IMG/VR virus record: IMGVR_UViG_3300026512_000009
Location: 124 to 64,123 of that record
Length of the DNA stretch: 64,000 nt
DNA from: a virus
Lineage: Duplodnaviria > Caudoviricetes
Strand: one strand, 5' to 3'
A model generated the notes under the pieces. The model was given only the letters and a program-made list of their open reading frames with translations. It searched no databases and was not told where the DNA came from. This document shows positions 61,560-64,000 of the stretch, piece by piece; position 1 is the stretch's first letter; the number at the start of each line of letters is the position of its first letter. The translations under genes were made by a program, and so were the position numbers.

Positions 61560-61760
61560 TGGCATATGTCTATGTAGGACTACCTACACAGAATACGATC
61601 TCACTATCGATTACTCGATAACGAGAAAGTACGACATCAGTCCTAGTCCTTAGGCCCTAAAAACTAAGAGGTACTAGAGACGGAACGATAACCATTCCAC
61701 CTCAACCTCCTTGAGACTATACGAGACAATACGATAACCGTATCACCTCAGTCTCGTTTC
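61560..61760 (-). ncRNA. Putative structured RNA with repeated bulged hairpins
   Basis: Two or three stem/UGAGGU bulge/stem/GUUAU loop modules with covariation and G.U pairs. Confidence 0.5.
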
Positions 61761-61837
61761 CAGAGCTTCAGGAACTATTTCCTTTGCCATAATAGAATAC
61801 TTACATAAGTACTCTATAAAAGCAAAGAAAGAGAGCC

Positions 61838-63799
61838 TTATTCAGGCATTAAGAAGTTTACACTATCTAATACTTTATCCCTTTCAAGATCTCCTACAAA
61901 CAATTTAGGCATGCATTTGCTATTCACTTTAGATTCTATTTGAGCCATAGCATCTAGGTAAGGGTTAATATCGTATATCTTAGCCATAAATTCTCTAGCT
62001 GTATTGATAACATTATCCATATCATTAGGATGCACGATGAAATCATCATGCTTCCATATTCCTCTGAAGTTAACAGATTCTTGTATAATTCTTAATAAAT
62101 AAGAATCTATACTATGAGTTATATTAGCAAATAATCCTCTTTTCTTAAGTAATTTATATGCTTCTTTATCTTGATAAATCTCACCATTATTAGTAAATAA
62201 AACTGGCATACTTCTCTTGATAGTAGTTTGTACCATTTTACCAGTGAAAATATTGTATGCATCCATAACAATTTCATACCCTTCGTAATATGCCGTTGAC
62301 TGACATGGTAACCCATCTAACGATTTCCAACTAAGAGAGGGATTTTCTTTATTAATAGCAGATTCTCCTCCCCATTCAGCTATTGCAGGGATATTATCTA
62401 TTGCTGCTCCAAACTTATCACTTAACAGTTTTTGAATATCTTTAGAAGTAAACTTATCTTCTCCTAAATACTCATTTATAGATTTTGCAGCAGCCTTATA
62501 TGTTGAACCGTGAAATATAGGAGCATTTACTTTCTTAGCTGCTGTTCTATCTTTCACTCCTAGAGCATCTGCAACCATCATATGTAAGTCATTAGCTTCA
62601 CCTCCTCCATTCCAATTAGCTGCATCAGCTAATACAGATGATCTAAAACTAACTCCTGCTATTCCAGGACCACTTGAAGTAAAATCTTTACCTATTAAAA
62701 CTTTAGAAGGAACACCTCTTTTATAGTCAGTATATGCTGTATACAATCTACCAGCATACATAGCAATTCCCATCTTATTTTGAGGTTTCTCATACACTGA
62801 AAAATCTTCAGTATACAAAGTATCAGCTAATCTTTTTAATCTTAATAAATGAGATAATTTAAACACTTCATTAGCTTTCTTTAAAGACAGTCTACCGTCT
62901 AACAAATTAACAATAGCATGTATAATATGTCTACTACCTTCATCTGTAATTACTTCACCGATAGGAAGTTCCCATTGGCAAACCTCAAATAATTTCCCTT
63001 GAGGTCTTACTCCTTCTAATTGATTAAGAGAATAATACATTCTTAATCTGCTATCGTACCATACATCTAAAAAATTACATCTACCTCTTAAATGATCTAT
63101 ACCATCTAACAATTTATTTTTATACATATTTCTAATGATATTAGATGAAAATTCAATTTTAGTAAAAGTATTACTAAGATCTAAATACTTCTCAAATATT
63201 TCTCTTGGAGTGTCAATTAATTTAAGTCCTTGACTACCTATACTTTTAGCTAATTTTCTAAGTTTACTAGGTAACTTAATAGATTTAGCTCCTATCTTAG
63301 CTACTATTCTCTTTTTAGATACTGTAGGTTCTATATTAGCACCTTTAGTTAATATTTTAAGAGCTGATGCTACTTTATATGGCATTACTGTTTTACTTAT
63401 TTTCCATTCTCCGTCTACTATCTTTTTATTTACTTTTACTTTAACTGTCTTTTCTCCTTCTAAGATAGTCATTAATACTGAAGCAAGATATACTTTTCTT
63501 ACTTCTTTACTATGAGCGTCTAATCCTTCTAATGAAGGATACCCATTGTTAAGTTTATAACTAAGTTTAGCTACTGCTTCACTGTATAAGATTTCATCTA
63601 TAAGTGTATCTAGAAAAGCTTTAGCATCTGCTACTGCTCCACCTTTTATTAACTCTTCAATAGCTTTAGTAGCCTCTTCTGCTTCTGCTAATGTAAACTG
63701 TAAACTTCTAACTTTCTTGTCATCTTTAGCTAACTCACTAGCAGCTATTGCTGCTTTAATACTTTCAACTCTGTCCTGTGCTACTGTTAATGTTCTCAT
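61838..63799 (-). CDS. Single-subunit T7-type RNA polymerase (N4 RNAPII equivalent, one polypeptide)
   Basis: YDSRLRMY, KDFTSSG (A), RTAAKKVNAPIFHGS (B), ANITHSIDS, KHDDF (C). Confidence 0.9.
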   Translation of the reverse strand: MRTLTVAQDRVESIKAAIAASELAKDDKKVRSLQFTLAEAEEATKAIEELIKGGAVADAKAFLDTLIDEILYSEAVAKLSYKLNNGYPSLEGLDAHSKEVRKVYLASVLMTILEGEKTVKVKVNKKIVDGEWKISKTVMPYKVASALKILTKGANIEPTVSKKRIVAKIGAKSIKLPSKLRKLAKSIGSQGLKLIDTPREIFEKYLDLSNTFTKIEFSSNIIRNMYKNKLLDGIDHLRGRCNFLDVWYDSRLRMYYSLNQLEGVRPQGKLFEVCQWELPIGEVITDEGSRHIIHAIVNLLDGRLSLKKANEVFKLSHLLRLKRLADTLYTEDFSVYEKPQNKMGIAMYAGRLYTAYTDYKRGVPSKVLIGKDFTSSGPGIAGVSFRSSVLADAANWNGGGEANDLHMMVADALGVKDRTAAKKVNAPIFHGSTYKAAAKSINEYLGEDKFTSKDIQKLLSDKFGAAIDNIPAIAEWGGESAINKENPSLSWKSLDGLPCQSTAYYEGYEIVMDAYNIFTGKMVQTTIKRSMPVLFTNNGEIYQDKEAYKLLKKRGLFANITHSIDSYLLRIIQESVNFRGIWKHDDFIVHPNDMDNVINTAREFMAKIYDINPYLDAMAQIESKVNSKCMPKLFVGDLERDKVLDSVNFLMPE

Positions 63800-63949
63800 A
63801 ACATTTTTCCTTACTATTAATTTTTATAGAGTAGTTTAAAATATCTCTATCAACACCTATCCTTCAGTACTAATACTTTCATAGGTTCTTAATGACTTAA
63901 CTATTAAGTCTATATAAGTACTCTAATGAATACTTATATAATATTAATA

Positions 63950-63999
<50 letters not shown>

Positions 64000-64000
64000 T

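Noticed and set aside
61560-61760. CRISPR mini-array or hammerhead ribozyme
   Set aside because: No identical repeats with regular spacers, and no correctly arranged CUGANGA/GAAA core.

Overview
An AT-rich, near-complete genome of a divergent N4-like podophage (Schitoviridae-type architecture), apparently circularly permuted, with the early/late divergence near 2.7-2.9 kb. The host is probably a Campylobacterota (epsilonproteobacterium); this is inferred from AAGGA RBSs, TGnTATAAT promoters and the ThyX type. The + strand (2.9-34.9 kb) holds the late module in N4 order: TerS, TerL, tail/receptor genes, adaptor, holins, portal, scaffold, major capsid, gp55/gp54/gp53/gp52/gp51-like proteins and virion RNA polymerase. 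The - strand holds early and middle genes: a single-chain T7-type RNAP, MYG1 nuclease, primase, a split DNA polymerase A interrupted by two group I introns, exonuclease, AAA ATPase, SSB, NrdAB, ThyX, a MazG-like enzyme, a Tad2-like protein and an M15 endolysin. Main discoveries: (1) an acyl carrier protein + ketosynthase + putative GNAT acyltransferase cassette inserted, with overlapping frames, between the gp54-like and gp53-like virion genes, a candidate phage-encoded virion-protein lipidation system; (2) the virion RNAP locus is split into two otherwise Cys-free proteins whose only cysteines are the last residue of the first and residue 3 of the second; (3) several structured-RNA families in the early region (a repeated bulged-hairpin element, two covarying pseudoknots, post-stop hairpins) plus one N4-type hairpin promoter. 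All family calls come from reading motifs by eye; no database search was run.
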